DNA from: a virus | Lineage: Duplodnaviria; Caudoviricetes | Virus record (IMG/VR): IMGVR_UViG_3300028048_000066 | Span: 64,001 to 128,000 of that record | Strand: one strand, 5' to 3' | DNA: 64,000 bases | Shown here: in pieces, positions 31,629 through 42,391 of the stretch | How the letters are laid out: the number at the start of each line of letters is the position of its first letter | Numbering within the stretch: the stretch's first letter is position 1 | Notes under the pieces: generated by a model | Told to the model about the DNA's origin: nothing | Database searches by the model: none | Seen by the model: the letters and a program-made list of their open reading frames with translations, nothing else | Position numbers and translations under genes: made by a program

Positions 31629-34600
31629 ATGGGTAAAATCAAAAGTATTTTAAATGAAGATTGTGACAATGGACAAGAAGAAGTCCTAGAACAAGCATTA
31701 GAGCAAGAAGAAAAATCCAAGAAAGAAATGGAAAAGGTTATGAAGGACAGAAGTAAAGATGCTGACCAAAAAGAACCTAAAGCACCAAAGACAAACGAGA
31801 TGGGATTAGTAGAGAGTTTATTAGAAGGAACTCAATATGAACTCAAGGAAGATGTTTATAGTTTGGATGTTAAAGACAGAAAAGAACTTGGTGGAATCAT
31901 TTCTAAATTAAAAGAGAATAAAATCAATTTCAAGATTTCAAGAAGTGTTAAAGAAGGTTTTAGATATACATTAAGTGTTAAGAAGTTAAATGAATCACAA
32001 CAACTTAATGAAATTTATCCTGATGTTTTAATTAAATATGTTGAGAGAGCAAAGAAAGACTTCCCAGAGTTAATTAGTTCAACACAAGCAGAATTAGATG
32101 CAAGTGATTCAAAAGCAAAAGACTATGTTATTTTAGGAAATTTCTGGAATAATTTTATGGAAGATGCTATTGATAAGTGGTCTGATAGTAGTGCATTATT
32201 TTTAGATGATAATTCAATGATGCCAATGCCTGAAAGTGTATGTAAGCAATTCCTTGTACATCTTTTTAATATTAAGAATTTAAATCTTTTATATGATTTA
32301 GATGTATATACTGCATTTGATGAATATATAGGTATGAAAGAAGATGGTGGAATATCTGATGAAGATATAATTAAATACATTGAAGAAAATAAGTGGTTTG
32401 AAAATGAAGAAGAGATAAAAGAAGACATTGATGACCAAGAAGAACCAGATTTCAACACTATGGCAATTGATGATATTTTCTACTATGTTGTAGGTAATAA
32501 TGATTTTGATGTATTTGATGATGAGGGATATTTCACAGATGCAGCAATGGAACACTACAATGAAGTAGCAAATGCATATGAAGAAAACACAGGAAATGTT
32601 TTTGATGCTTTATGTGAGAGAGAAAGATGTTTTAGACCAGATGATGATATTCAAGTTGGTGTTGATGGAACGCATTATGAACCACAAATTGATTATTATG
32701 CTGATACAGATATGAATAATGATATTATAACAGCAGTTGTAAAAGAACCAGGTAAATTAGCAGAAGTTAAGGATATTAAAAACACATTAAGAGGATACCA
32801 AAAGTTAGTAGATGGTTATATTGAATCTGTACCAATGCCTGGACTGGAAGATGATATAGATATTGTTATGAATGATGAGGGAGTTACATTAAATCTCCCT
32901 GCTAATATTGAAGTTCCTGATTATCGTACAACCCTTGTTGGTACTTTAGTTGCAGTTGGTCTCACACCAGATTTAACTTGGAGAAGTCTTACATATGAAG
33001 AGATTGATTATGCTGTTAAATTTTTCAATGAACACGATGTATCTGAGATAAATGGAAGTAGAAAAGCAACAGCAGAGTTAAGAAATAGATTTAACCTTCC
33101 AGATTTACCAGGTTTAGAAGAATCTAAAGAACTCAAGGAAGATGATGATATGTCTGATGAAGAATTAGCAGCAGAAGAAGAAAGAGAAAGAGCAGAGTTT
33201 GAAGCAAAAATCAAAGAGAGAAGAGATGCTATTATAAAGAAGAGAGAAGAGGCAAGAATCAGAAAAGAGAAAGCAGAACAAGCATTAGCAGAGATTGGCA
33301 ATGACTGGTCTTATACAAATCTATTTGATATTTTATATGAATCTGAATCTCTTGCTGGAGAACTTATCAGAGCAATGGATTTTGTTGAAATTAGTTATAA
33401 AGACAACGATGAAGTATTCTATTCTGGTGAAGGTTTAATTGATGATACAGCAAATGCAGCAGTATTTATTATGAAGTATACAGACACCTCTGAAGATGAT
33501 GAATATGGTGGAGAAGAGGATGACAAATTAAATATGTTATTTAAAGATATTGCTGGAGAACCAGACCACAATTTATATATAGATTTTATTGATGATGCTA
33601 AAGTACAATTAGCAAAAGTTATTGCATCACACCCTGAAATGATTGGCGATGATAATTACTATTCATTTAGCCAAGCAGAAGGTGAAGATTATATTATATA
33701 CAATGAATACTATGAAGTTTATGATGCAGAAGCAGATTTACCATACGATTTACAAGTACTTATTAACTGCGATATAATTGATTATCGTGAATTAGAAGAA
33801 ATTATTGGAGAGATGTATTCTAACTATTCTGATGGAGAATCTGCTGATGTAAGTGTTTATGATACATATATTTCAGTTGGTAATATTGGTGAGAATGCTC
33901 TAAATGGTGTTGACCTTCAAAACGAGATTGATAACTACTCCGATATGTTCTATAGCACAATGGATGAAGAATGTGTAGGAGCATTTGACAGGGGTGATGT
34001 TGGATATTTAGTAGATAATGGTGATATTGATAATAAATATAGTTGTGAAGTACTTGGAGAAAAGGACGGTAAAATATATATCAAAGGAAAGGTGATTGAT
34101 ATTGCTGCTTTAGTATATGACACAAGTGCTGATATTCAATATGGTGACATTGCATTTGATGGTGACTTTGACTATGACATTTTTGATGAAGAGGAAGAAG
34201 ATGAAGAGGAAGAAGATGTAGAAGAGTCATTAAAAGAAGATGTAGAATCAGAAGAAACTGAAGAAGAAGTTGCTGTAGAAGAAACAGAAGTTGAAGATAC
34301 TGATGTTAATGATGACGGTGCTATAGATACAGCAATTGACACAGAATTCATTAAATTAGAAAATACAAAATTTAACTGCTATGAAAACCTTGAAGAATGC
34401 AAAGATAGTATGTTGTTTGATTATGGTACTAATATTGCATCACTTTCACTTGAAGCACCAAACGGTAAAATATATTCGGTTGACTTAATGGTTGATGGCG
34501 AAGTGTATGTTGAGTATGACGATGATTATTATCGTAATGCAAGTGACTTCCCTGAGGAATTATACAATATGTTTGTAGATGGCACAGCATATGATAGTGA

Positions 34601-35813
34601 TGATGTTTACATTGATGATAATAACTGGTTTGAAGTATTGTTTTATGTCAATGGTTATTGTTATGATAGCGAGATGTTTGATGGTGATTCTGACCTTTCT
34701 ATGTATACAAAAGATGAACTTAAAGAAGGACTATTTGATTACTTGTCTCATTTTATTGAAACAGAGATTGAAAATGAAGCGGCCAATGAAAGACTAAAAA
34801 AAGTAGAGGCAGAGAGGGAAGCAGAGAAAGAAAGAATTAGAAACACAGCACACAAATATGACCTTCCAGATATATTTGATGACCTTGATGAGTCTTCTAG
34901 TGCTTTCAAGAAGTCAGTAAAACTTGGTGGAGAAAACACACAAGACTATCTTGATGGACAAGCAATAGGAAAAGTAGCAGACCCAGATGAAAAAGCAAGA
35001 CTAATTGCAGTAAAGAAACTTGAAAAATCTGGTAAGTTAGGAAATAGACCAACAGTTGCACAAGAGTTAAAGAGAAAAGTAGACCAAGTTGCACCTAACT
35101 ATGAAAAGAAAGCAGGTAAGTTTGCAAAGAAAACTGGTATGACAGAAGAAACAGAATTAAATGAAATGGCAAAACTTCCTTACTATGTTCTTGCTTACAA
35201 ACTTGGTGAGGTTATGTGGTCAATGAATAATGAAGAAGCATATTACGATTCAGGTTGGTTATATTACTGGGGAGATGATATTGAAACAGTAAATGATGCA
35301 AAAGATTACTTCAATACAAAAGAAGACTATGAAGAATTAAAAGAAGTATTTGAAAGCATCTACAGTGACAAAGAATATCACGATGATGGTTTATTCACAA
35401 ATAGACAAGACATTGTAGATTATGCACACCAAATTGATAAGAAGTTAGGTCTTGAACCAATTAAGAACTATGGTGAAATCAAAAATGAAGGTGGAGATGA
35501 CCCATACGCAGAGTCTTGTGAAAACTGTGAAGAAAAGAAAGAGGAAATCAAAGAAGACCTCAAAATCTTAGCAGACATCAATGATTATCAACCTTGGTCT
35601 GGTGCAGTAGATTTCTATTATGAAATTGTTGATGCAGACAAGTTATATGATTTAGAGTTCATACTTGAAGACATTTATCCAGACGGTCTTACAATGACAC
35701 AATTAAATGACTTATTATGGTTTGAAGAAGATTGGTTAAGAGATATGTTAGGTATGAAAGAAGATAAATCAGAAGACGATACTGATGACATTGATGATAG
35801 ATTTTTAGACTAA
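31629..35813 (+). CDS. Very acidic 1394-aa multi-domain putative internal virion protein (contains a DUF3846-like domain; many L/I-x-E sites)
   Basis: Late motif and AGGAG RBS; DUF3846-like block at 32724-33035; linkers ESLLE, LNESQQLNE, LEESKELKED, EESLKED, LNEM, IKED. Confidence 0.75.
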   Translation: MGKIKSILNEDCDNGQEEVLEQALEQEEKSKKEMEKVMKDRSKDADQKEPKAPKTNEMGLVESLLEGTQYELKEDVYSLDVKDRKELGGIISKLKENKINFKISRSVKEGFRYTLSVKKLNESQQLNEIYPDVLIKYVERAKKDFPELISSTQAELDASDSKAKDYVILGNFWNNFMEDAIDKWSDSSALFLDDNSMMPMPESVCKQFLVHLFNIKNLNLLYDLDVYTAFDEYIGMKEDGGISDEDIIKYIEENKWFENEEEIKEDIDDQEEPDFNTMAIDDIFYYVVGNNDFDVFDDEGYFTDAAMEHYNEVANAYEENTGNVFDALCERERCFRPDDDIQVGVDGTHYEPQIDYYADTDMNNDIITAVVKEPGKLAEVKDIKNTLRGYQKLVDGYIESVPMPGLEDDIDIVMNDEGVTLNLPANIEVPDYRTTLVGTLVAVGLTPDLTWRSLTYEEIDYAVKFFNEHDVSEINGSRKATAELRNRFNLPDLPGLEESKELKEDDDMSDEELAAEEERERAEFEAKIKERRDAIIKKREEARIRKEKAEQALAEIGNDWSYTNLFDILYESESLAGELIRAMDFVEISYKDNDEVFYSGEGLIDDTANAAVFIMKYTDTSEDDEYGGEEDDKLNMLFKDIAGEPDHNLYIDFIDDAKVQLAKVIASHPEMIGDDNYYSFSQAEGEDYIIYNEYYEVYDAEADLPYDLQVLINCDIIDYRELEEIIGEMYSNYSDGESADVSVYDTYISVGNIGENALNGVDLQNEIDNYSDMFYSTMDEECVGAFDRGDVGYLVDNGDIDNKYSCEVLGEKDGKIYIKGKVIDIAALVYDTSADIQYGDIAFDGDFDYDIFDEEEEDEEEEDVEESLKEDVESEETEEEVAVEETEVEDTDVNDDGAIDTAIDTEFIKLENTKFNCYENLEECKDSMLFDYGTNIASLSLEAPNGKIYSVDLMVDGEVYVEYDDDYYRNASDFPEELYNMFVDGTAYDSDDVYIDDNNWFEVLFYVNGYCYDSEMFDGDSDLSMYTKDELKEGLFDYLSHFIETEIENEAANERLKKVEAEREAEKERIRNTAHKYDLPDIFDDLDESSSAFKKSVKLGGENTQDYLDGQAIGKVADPDEKARLIAVKKLEKSGKLGNRPTVAQELKRKVDQVAPNYEKKAGKFAKKTGMTEETELNEMAKLPYYVLAYKLGEVMWSMNNEEAYYDSGWLYYWGDDIETVNDAKDYFNTKEDYEELKEVFESIYSDKEYHDDGLFTNRQDIVDYAHQIDKKLGLEPIKNYGEIKNEGGDDPYAESCENCEEKKEEIKEDLKILADINDYQPWSGAVDFYYEIVDADKLYDLEFILEDIYPDGLTMTQLNDLLWFEEDWLRDMLGMKEDKSEDDTDDIDDRFLD

Positions 35814-35844
35814 TTAAAAGAAAGGAAATAAAGGAGAATATAAA

Positions 35845-37071
35845 ATGAAACTTTTAGAAGGAAAATTAACATTGAATGAAGAACAAGTTGAATTAAAACC
35901 ACTTGAAGAAACTAAATATTCAATCAAATATTGGTATGATGAAGATGCAAGAGATTTGGGTGAACCAGATGACTATGATGAAACATTTGATAATCTAGTT
36001 GATGCAAAGAAACAAGCAGATAGACTTTTTGATAAGGAAGGTTATGCAAGTGTAGAAATATATGATGAAAATGATAAAGTTGTATATGGAAGATACCCAG
36101 AAGAGTATGAAGAATCATTAAAAGAAGCAAAGAAGAGCATTAAAGAAGCAATAAAGGTTGAACACCCAGATGATTATGATTTTAATGATGTTGTAAAAAT
36201 ATTCTATGACCAATATTATAAAACATATAAGCATTCACCAAAAGATGAAGTAAAAGAATTTAAGAAGTTTGTAGATTTCTTAATTAAGTCTGGATTACTT
36301 GACAAAGATGTAGTTAAATCTTGGGGTGAGATTAAATTAGAATCTCTTAAAGAAGCAAACGATGATGATAAGAAAGATGACAAGAAGAAGGATGACAAAA
36401 AGTCTTCAAAGAAAGATGATAAGAAAGAAGATGAAGAAGACATTGACATTGAAGATGAAGTAGATATTGATGTAGAAGATGACAAAGACCTTCCAGATGT
36501 AGATGTTGATGATATGCTTTCATTAGATGATTTAGATATTGATGCCGAGAATGATTTAGATATTGACATTGATGCAAATAATGAAGAAGATGTGCCAGAA
36601 GAGATTGTAACAAATGCAAAAGCAATGAGTATTAGTGATATAGTAAGAAATGAGTTTGATTCTATTGATGCTCTTAAAGGTGTTATTGCAACTTTAACAT
36701 TAACAAACGATGATATTAACGAAGATGATGAGAAAGTCATTGATATTCTTAATGAAATTGTTGACCTTAAACTTGAAACAGTCGGTATGCTAAACAAAGC
36801 ACTTGAAATCACAGATGGAGATTTAGTTGATTCTATGTTAGATGGTGCAGATAAAGCAGAAGAAATTATTGCTGATACAGATGATGAAATTACAATAGAA
36901 GATGATATTGAAGATGTATTTGGTGCAGGACAAGATTTAGAAGTATCAGATAACTTTGATGTAGAAAGAGATAACAAAGAAAAGGGTCTATTTGATTTGG
37001 ATGATATTGATGCATTACCAGATGAAGAAGAAGACAATGAGATAATCATTAAAGACAAAAAAACTAAATAA
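35845..37071 (+). CDS. Acidic putative head/scaffold-associated protein with ESLKE motifs
   Basis: N-terminal LLE/LNE; ESLKEA twice (36112, 36340); low-complexity KD tract. Confidence 0.7.
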   Translation: MKLLEGKLTLNEEQVELKPLEETKYSIKYWYDEDARDLGEPDDYDETFDNLVDAKKQADRLFDKEGYASVEIYDENDKVVYGRYPEEYEESLKEAKKSIKEAIKVEHPDDYDFNDVVKIFYDQYYKTYKHSPKDEVKEFKKFVDFLIKSGLLDKDVVKSWGEIKLESLKEANDDDKKDDKKKDDKKSSKKDDKKEDEEDIDIEDEVDIDVEDDKDLPDVDVDDMLSLDDLDIDAENDLDIDIDANNEEDVPEEIVTNAKAMSISDIVRNEFDSIDALKGVIATLTLTNDDINEDDEKVIDILNEIVDLKLETVGMLNKALEITDGDLVDSMLDGADKAEEIIADTDDEITIEDDIEDVFGAGQDLEVSDNFDVERDNKEKGLFDLDDIDALPDEEEDNEIIIKDKKTK

Positions 37072-37095
37072 TAAATATAAATAGGAGAGAAAGGT

Positions 37096-37506
37096 ATGTT
37101 TACAATTTCAAACAATAACATAATTACTTTAACCAGAGGTGATGAGGTTACTACTCCTATTTTTATTAACTGGGGAACACAATTAGTCCCAGTAAGATAT
37201 GAACTACAAGAATATGATGAGTTGTTATTCTGTTTATATGAACCAGGATACAAAGAAAGACTTATCCTAAGAAAAGTGTATACAAGAGATGACTTAAATA
37301 AATATGGAGATGTTGTATTACATTTGGATAGAAGTGATACAATAAATCTTTTAGCAGGTTGTTATTATTACGAAGTTGATGTTATTAGAAGAGTAGTAGA
37401 AGATGATTCAAGTGACAGTGATAGTTCAGATTCAAGTGATGAACCTGAAATAGAGGAAGTATATAACACAGTAGTTCCTAGAACAAAATTCTTTATAGTG
37501 GAGTAA
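37096..37506 (+). CDS. BppU-N-like baseplate/fibre-associated protein
   Basis: ITLTRGD...V.L...DT..L..G.YYYEV pattern. Confidence 0.5.
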   Translation: MFTISNNNIITLTRGDEVTTPIFINWGTQLVPVRYELQEYDELLFCLYEPGYKERLILRKVYTRDDLNKYGDVVLHLDRSDTINLLAGCYYYEVDVIRRVVEDDSSDSDSSDSSDEPEIEEVYNTVVPRTKFFIVE

Positions 37507-37510
37507 GATT

Positions 37511-40500
37511 ATGAATTATATTTATGGACAATTAAATCAAAAAGTAGTAAAGATTGAATATGAAGGTATTTCAACAGATACATCTACTACAAGTGTAGAC
37601 AATAAAGGGTGTGCTATTGGTGTAGATGTAAGATGTGTGCCATATTCTTTACTTATAAATGACGAAGGAAGACAAACATCCTACAATGGAAGTAGTGAAG
37701 TTGCATTCTCTTTGCATAATTATACAGTTTCAAAGTTAGATGATGCAGGAGAGGGCAATGTTGCTGCATATGAACTCAAAAAAGACGGTGTAAAAATTGG
37801 AGATACTATTGAAATTCCAACACAAGCACCTATTACAAGTGTTTCATTAGATGAAGATGATGGACACTTCACTTTAATATTCACAACAGCAGATGATTCA
37901 TTTGAAGTAAGTGCAGATGACCTTATTATGAGTTGTGAAGGAAGTGAGTACATACTTGTAGACAGAGTAGAAGGAAGTAACACATATACAATATCATTAA
38001 ATATTGATGATTTAAAGAGTGAGTTAGATATTAGTGGTATTGAAGGTGACATTGATTCACTACAAGACAGAGTAGATATTTTAGAAAGAGATATAGCAAC
38101 AAAGCAAGATGCGTTAGAAGCAGGTGATAATATTTCTATCAGTGGAGGCGTTATAAGTGCTGTAGACACAACTTACAGTGCTGGTAATGGTTTATCATTA
38201 GATGGAACTCAATTTAGTGTAGACACGACTACAATCGCTACAAAGGGTGATGTAGATACAAAACAAGATGTATTATCAGAAGCACAACTCAATGCAGTCA
38301 ATAGTGGAATCACAACAGCAAAGAGAGAAGGATATGATGCTACAGTTACAACAGTAGGAACAATTACAACAACAACTTTACCTACAATTAACAATAGTAT
38401 TACATCTTTGGGCAACCAAATTGATGAAGTTAAAAATGACTTAGATACAGTAGAAGGTGACATTGAAGATGAAGTATCAGATAGACAAGATGCAGATGAT
38501 GTATTAAGTGGAAGAATTGATGATGCAGAAACAGCAATTGCAGGAAAACAAGATACATTAACAGCAGGTGCTAATATTACAATTGAGAATAATGAAATTA
38601 GTGCAACAGATACTACATATACAGCAGGTACAGGATTAGATTTAACTGGTACAGAGTTTAGTGTTGATGAAACAGTTATTGCTACAAAACAAGACTTAGA
38701 ATCAAAGCAAGACACATTAACACAAGCACAACAAGATGCAGTAGATAGTGGAATTACAGCAACCATATTAAGTGAAATGCAAAGTGATATTGCAGGTAAG
38801 CAAGATACTTTAACCTTTGATGCAGAACCAACAGAAGATAGTACAAATCCTGTAACAAGTGGTGGCGTATTTACTGCATTAGAAGGCAAACAAGACACAC
38901 TTACTGCTGGTGAAGGGATTACTATTGAAGGTAATGAAATCAGTGCAGAAGGAAAAGAATATTTTGCAGGAACTGGTTTATCACTTACTGGTGTAGATGA
39001 AGATACATTTGCAGTTGACACAGATGTAATTGCAACCAAAGAAGATTTATCTGGAAAGCAAGATACATTGGATGCAGGAGATAACATTATTATTAGTGGT
39101 AATGAAATCAGTGCAATTGATACAACTTATGAAGCAGGATTTGGTATTAAGATTGCAGATGACTCAGATGAAGATGAAATAAGTGCAATTAGTATTGATG
39201 AAGGCATTGTTGCTACAAAATTAGATTTAGAAGGAAAACAAGATGTATTAACTGCTGGAGATAACATTACAATTGAAGATGGTGTTATTAGTTCTAGTGG
39301 TAAGATTTATAGTGCAGGATATGGAATTGACCTTGTTGGTTACGATGATACATTCCAAATTGATACAGAGGTAGTTGCAACAAAGAATGATTTATCAGGA
39401 CTTGAAGGGGAAATTTCAGATATAGAGACAGCATTAGATGGTAAACAGGACACATTAACTCCAGAGCAATTAGCAGAATTAAACAGTGGTATTACAGAAC
39501 AAAAGGTTGCAGATTATGATGCACACATTAACAACCAAGTTATTCACTGCACACAAGAAGATAAAGATTTATGGGATAGTAATCATCTTGCACCAGAAGG
39601 TGAATTAAATATTGAGTTCAATGCTGATGTTCCATCTACAGTGGAAACAGCACCACTACAAAACATTTTAGTAGGAGATAAGAACTACAAGATTTACGGA
39701 AGTGGTGACTCTGGTGGTAGTTCTGGTGGTGGAGACAGTGTTATTACAAATGAAACAATATTACCAAGCAGTTTAACATATGCAAATCCAGGCGGTATGT
39801 ATGCAGTTAATTTAGAACCAGAACAAAAGACATATATTCAAGTTGGTGATGCGGTTAAGAATCTTTATTTTGATACTAGAACAACTCCTGATATTGCTAA
39901 ATTAGATTTCAAAGGTGCAGAATATACAACCCTTGTAAGATTTGTTTCTGAGGATAACTACGAATGGAGACAAGTATATACTTATTCATCAGAACCAGCA
40001 GAACCAAAGACTGGTGAATTGTGGTTAGATATTCAATATGATACTGATGAAGAAACTCATATAACAACAGTTACAAAGACATTGAAAAGATTCAGTGGAG
40101 ATATTTGGGCAGTAGTAGAATACACAACAGAACTACCACAAAATCCAGAAGTGGGTCAATATTATATTAGTAATACTAGCAGTAATGTATTTATTTATAC
40201 AACAGTGGTTAGAAACTTACTTGCATCCGCAGGTGGTATGTGGGGAGGTGCAACAATAAGATTTGCTTATGGAACAGAACCAGATGAATTTAAGTATTAT
40301 TTATTGAATGGTGTTATTTATTATTATGACAATGGTGCTTGGGTAAATACACATTATGTATTAGATGACTCAAACCCAGAAGAGGGACAACACTTCCTTA
40401 AAGCAGAACCAAGCAATAAATATACACTTAAGAAATATACAAACGGTGCTTGGTATACAATTTTCTCAGAAAAATCTATTACCTTGCGTGGTACAGATAT

Positions 40501-41491
40501 GAATACAACCTCTTACTATATGGGTTATGATGATGAAACCTCTATTGTTAGATATATTGGTAATAGTAGTTATACAATAGATGTCACAGGAGACCACTCA
40601 GGTCCAATACCAAATACAGCATATGATATTTATGAAATCCCATTTGATGTAGTAAGTGAAGCACCATCTAATATTGGACATTTATGGTGGGAGGAGGATA
40701 CATACTCATCTTTTATTAAAGGTTATGCTGAACTAAGTAGTATAGTGTACAGTTCTATTGACTTGTTAAATGAGGATATAAGCATTTCAGAATCAGAAGG
40801 TCGTATTATAAGAAACAACGGACAACGAGAGAGTGTTGTAGAAGTACCTGTTTACTTTACTCCAATGGGTTCAATTGGATTATTTACTGGTTGGTATTTC
40901 AAATCACTAAATTTAAATGCTGTTGGTGTTGGAACTGAACCTTTCACAGTAAATGTTGAAACTTCTTATAAGTTTAAGGTAGATTCCATACCACAAAATG
41001 TGTTTACAGATTCATTTGCTTATGAGTATTTTGTCCCATCAAGAACACAAGATTTATTCTTTACAACACAGGGTGGTAATGTAAAGAAAGAAGATGTTTA
41101 TGGCATATATACATATTTATCAACATTATTCTTATATAAATGTCTCGGTTTAATTTTACCAATTGACACACATACATATACAATAGAAACAAGTGATTGG
41201 GTAGCAGCAAGTTCAGATTATAGTCCGTTTACATATACATATACAACACCAATAATAATGAATGGACAAACAGTAGAAGATTTAACAATGTTCAAAACTA
41301 TTGAGATTGCACCACAACAAGCAGTTTTAATTGCAAAAACAGGAATTGCTATTGTAGATGTAGTAGATGTTGATGGCGATGCAAATGTTGTATTTGGTGT
41401 ATTAACACAACCAAGTGAAGCAATAGATGTTGTAGTATATAATCGTGGTATAATAGAAGACTTTGTTGGAATGCGTTATGATATGAATTAG
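37511..41491 (+). CDS. Long tail-fibre-like protein with KQD-initiated repeats
   Basis: Nine KQD(T/V/A)L modules and AG.GL.L.G..FSVD repeats; distinct aromatic C-terminal region. Confidence 0.75.
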   Translation: MNYIYGQLNQKVVKIEYEGISTDTSTTSVDNKGCAIGVDVRCVPYSLLINDEGRQTSYNGSSEVAFSLHNYTVSKLDDAGEGNVAAYELKKDGVKIGDTIEIPTQAPITSVSLDEDDGHFTLIFTTADDSFEVSADDLIMSCEGSEYILVDRVEGSNTYTISLNIDDLKSELDISGIEGDIDSLQDRVDILERDIATKQDALEAGDNISISGGVISAVDTTYSAGNGLSLDGTQFSVDTTTIATKGDVDTKQDVLSEAQLNAVNSGITTAKREGYDATVTTVGTITTTTLPTINNSITSLGNQIDEVKNDLDTVEGDIEDEVSDRQDADDVLSGRIDDAETAIAGKQDTLTAGANITIENNEISATDTTYTAGTGLDLTGTEFSVDETVIATKQDLESKQDTLTQAQQDAVDSGITATILSEMQSDIAGKQDTLTFDAEPTEDSTNPVTSGGVFTALEGKQDTLTAGEGITIEGNEISAEGKEYFAGTGLSLTGVDEDTFAVDTDVIATKEDLSGKQDTLDAGDNIIISGNEISAIDTTYEAGFGIKIADDSDEDEISAISIDEGIVATKLDLEGKQDVLTAGDNITIEDGVISSSGKIYSAGYGIDLVGYDDTFQIDTEVVATKNDLSGLEGEISDIETALDGKQDTLTPEQLAELNSGITEQKVADYDAHINNQVIHCTQEDKDLWDSNHLAPEGELNIEFNADVPSTVETAPLQNILVGDKNYKIYGSGDSGGSSGGGDSVITNETILPSSLTYANPGGMYAVNLEPEQKTYIQVGDAVKNLYFDTRTTPDIAKLDFKGAEYTTLVRFVSEDNYEWRQVYTYSSEPAEPKTGELWLDIQYDTDEETHITTVTKTLKRFSGDIWAVVEYTTELPQNPEVGQYYISNTSSNVFIYTTVVRNLLASAGGMWGGATIRFAYGTEPDEFKYYLLNGVIYYYDNGAWVNTHYVLDDSNPEEGQHFLKAEPSNKYTLKKYTNGAWYTIFSEKSITLRGTDMNTTSYYMGYDDETSIVRYIGNSSYTIDVTGDHSGPIPNTAYDIYEIPFDVVSEAPSNIGHLWWEEDTYSSFIKGYAELSSIVYSSIDLLNEDISISESEGRIIRNNGQRESVVEVPVYFTPMGSIGLFTGWYFKSLNLNAVGVGTEPFTVNVETSYKFKVDSIPQNVFTDSFAYEYFVPSRTQDLFFTTQGGNVKKEDVYGIYTYLSTLFLYKCLGLILPIDTHTYTIETSDWVAASSDYSPFTYTYTTPIIMNGQTVEDLTMFKTIEIAPQQAVLIAKTGIAIVDVVDVDGDANVVFGVLTQPSEAIDVVVYNRGIIEDFVGMRYDMN
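38102..39500 (+). repeat. Intragenic fibre repeat array
   Basis: Repeated KQDTLTAG.NITI..N.ISA.DTTY.AG.G and KQD.L...Q..AV.SGIT units. Confidence 0.8.
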
Positions 41492-41503
41492 TAAAGGAAG
41501 ATT

Positions 41504-42352
41504 ATGTCAAAAGTATTAAAATTAAATGGTGAAGTAGTCCATAAAGTAAATGGAAAATATGTGAAGAAAGTCAATGATGATTTTGTTCAATGTGGTGCTA
41601 TCACTATCCCTAAAGGAACAATTATAAATGTTGATTTCAATGGGGATGGTGAGGTTGAACCATATAGAGTTCTTGAATGCAAAATAACTAACACAGCAGT
41701 AGAATGTGAGTTGATGTGTATGTATGATTGGGCAAAATCTAAATATTATGAAGATGGAATTCACGCAACATTTAGTAATGGTGTCATAGGATTAAAATAT
41801 GAGGATTCTTTAGTAGATGAACAAGTTGGTTTATTCTATGACAGATTACTATATAAAGTAAAGCAATCCATTTTACCACAACATAAAGAGCAAGAAATGT
41901 GGGAGTATACTTATTTAGGAGATACACCAGGAACAATTGCGGAAGATGGATACTATGGCACAATCAATTACAGAGATAATGATTACTACAAATTAACAAA
42001 GCAAGAGGGTGTTTTAGATTTAGGTGAAAGAAAAGTATATTTACCATCAGTAGAAAAGATTATGCAATACTTAGGAAAAGAATATGGAGATATTACAACC
42101 TATGAAGAAGTATATGAAATGTTCTATGAAAGTGAAGAGATGGGAAATATCACAGATTCTGTTTGGTTAATGGATGCTTCATTTAGAGGAACACCAGAAG
42201 ATAACCAAAATAAGAATGCTATGTTCTTTGCAAATAGACAATATGGAAACCTAGCAAATTATCATTATCACAATGTATTTGGAGTAAGACCAATATTTGT
42301 AGTTGACTTATTAAAACTTATGGATGTTTATAATATGGTTATAGAGTTTTAG
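41504..42352 (+). CDS. DUF6273-like / C-type-lectin-fold protein
   Basis: VYLPSVE...VWL...A.F....G......N..GVRP C-terminal signature. Confidence 0.55.
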   Translation: MSKVLKLNGEVVHKVNGKYVKKVNDDFVQCGAITIPKGTIINVDFNGDGEVEPYRVLECKITNTAVECELMCMYDWAKSKYYEDGIHATFSNGVIGLKYEDSLVDEQVGLFYDRLLYKVKQSILPQHKEQEMWEYTYLGDTPGTIAEDGYYGTINYRDNDYYKLTKQEGVLDLGERKVYLPSVEKIMQYLGKEYGDITTYEEVYEMFYESEEMGNITDSVWLMDASFRGTPEDNQNKNAMFFANRQYGNLANYHYHNVFGVRPIFVVDLLKLMDVYNMVIEF

Positions 42353-42367
42353 TGCTAAATTAAATGA
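42353..42367 (+). promoter_or_regulatory. Putative phage late promoter
   Basis: TGCTAAATTAAATGA between genes. Confidence 0.7.
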
Positions 42368-42391
42368 GTAAAAACAAAGGAAAGAAAAGAA

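Noticed and set aside
36216-39087. Long minus-strand ORFs (36216..37253, 37720..38169, 38209..39087) and the other minus-strand ORFs in the track
   Set aside because: Antisense shadows of acidic or repetitive + strand genes: Ser/Ile/Phe-rich, no RBS, fully overlapping real genes.
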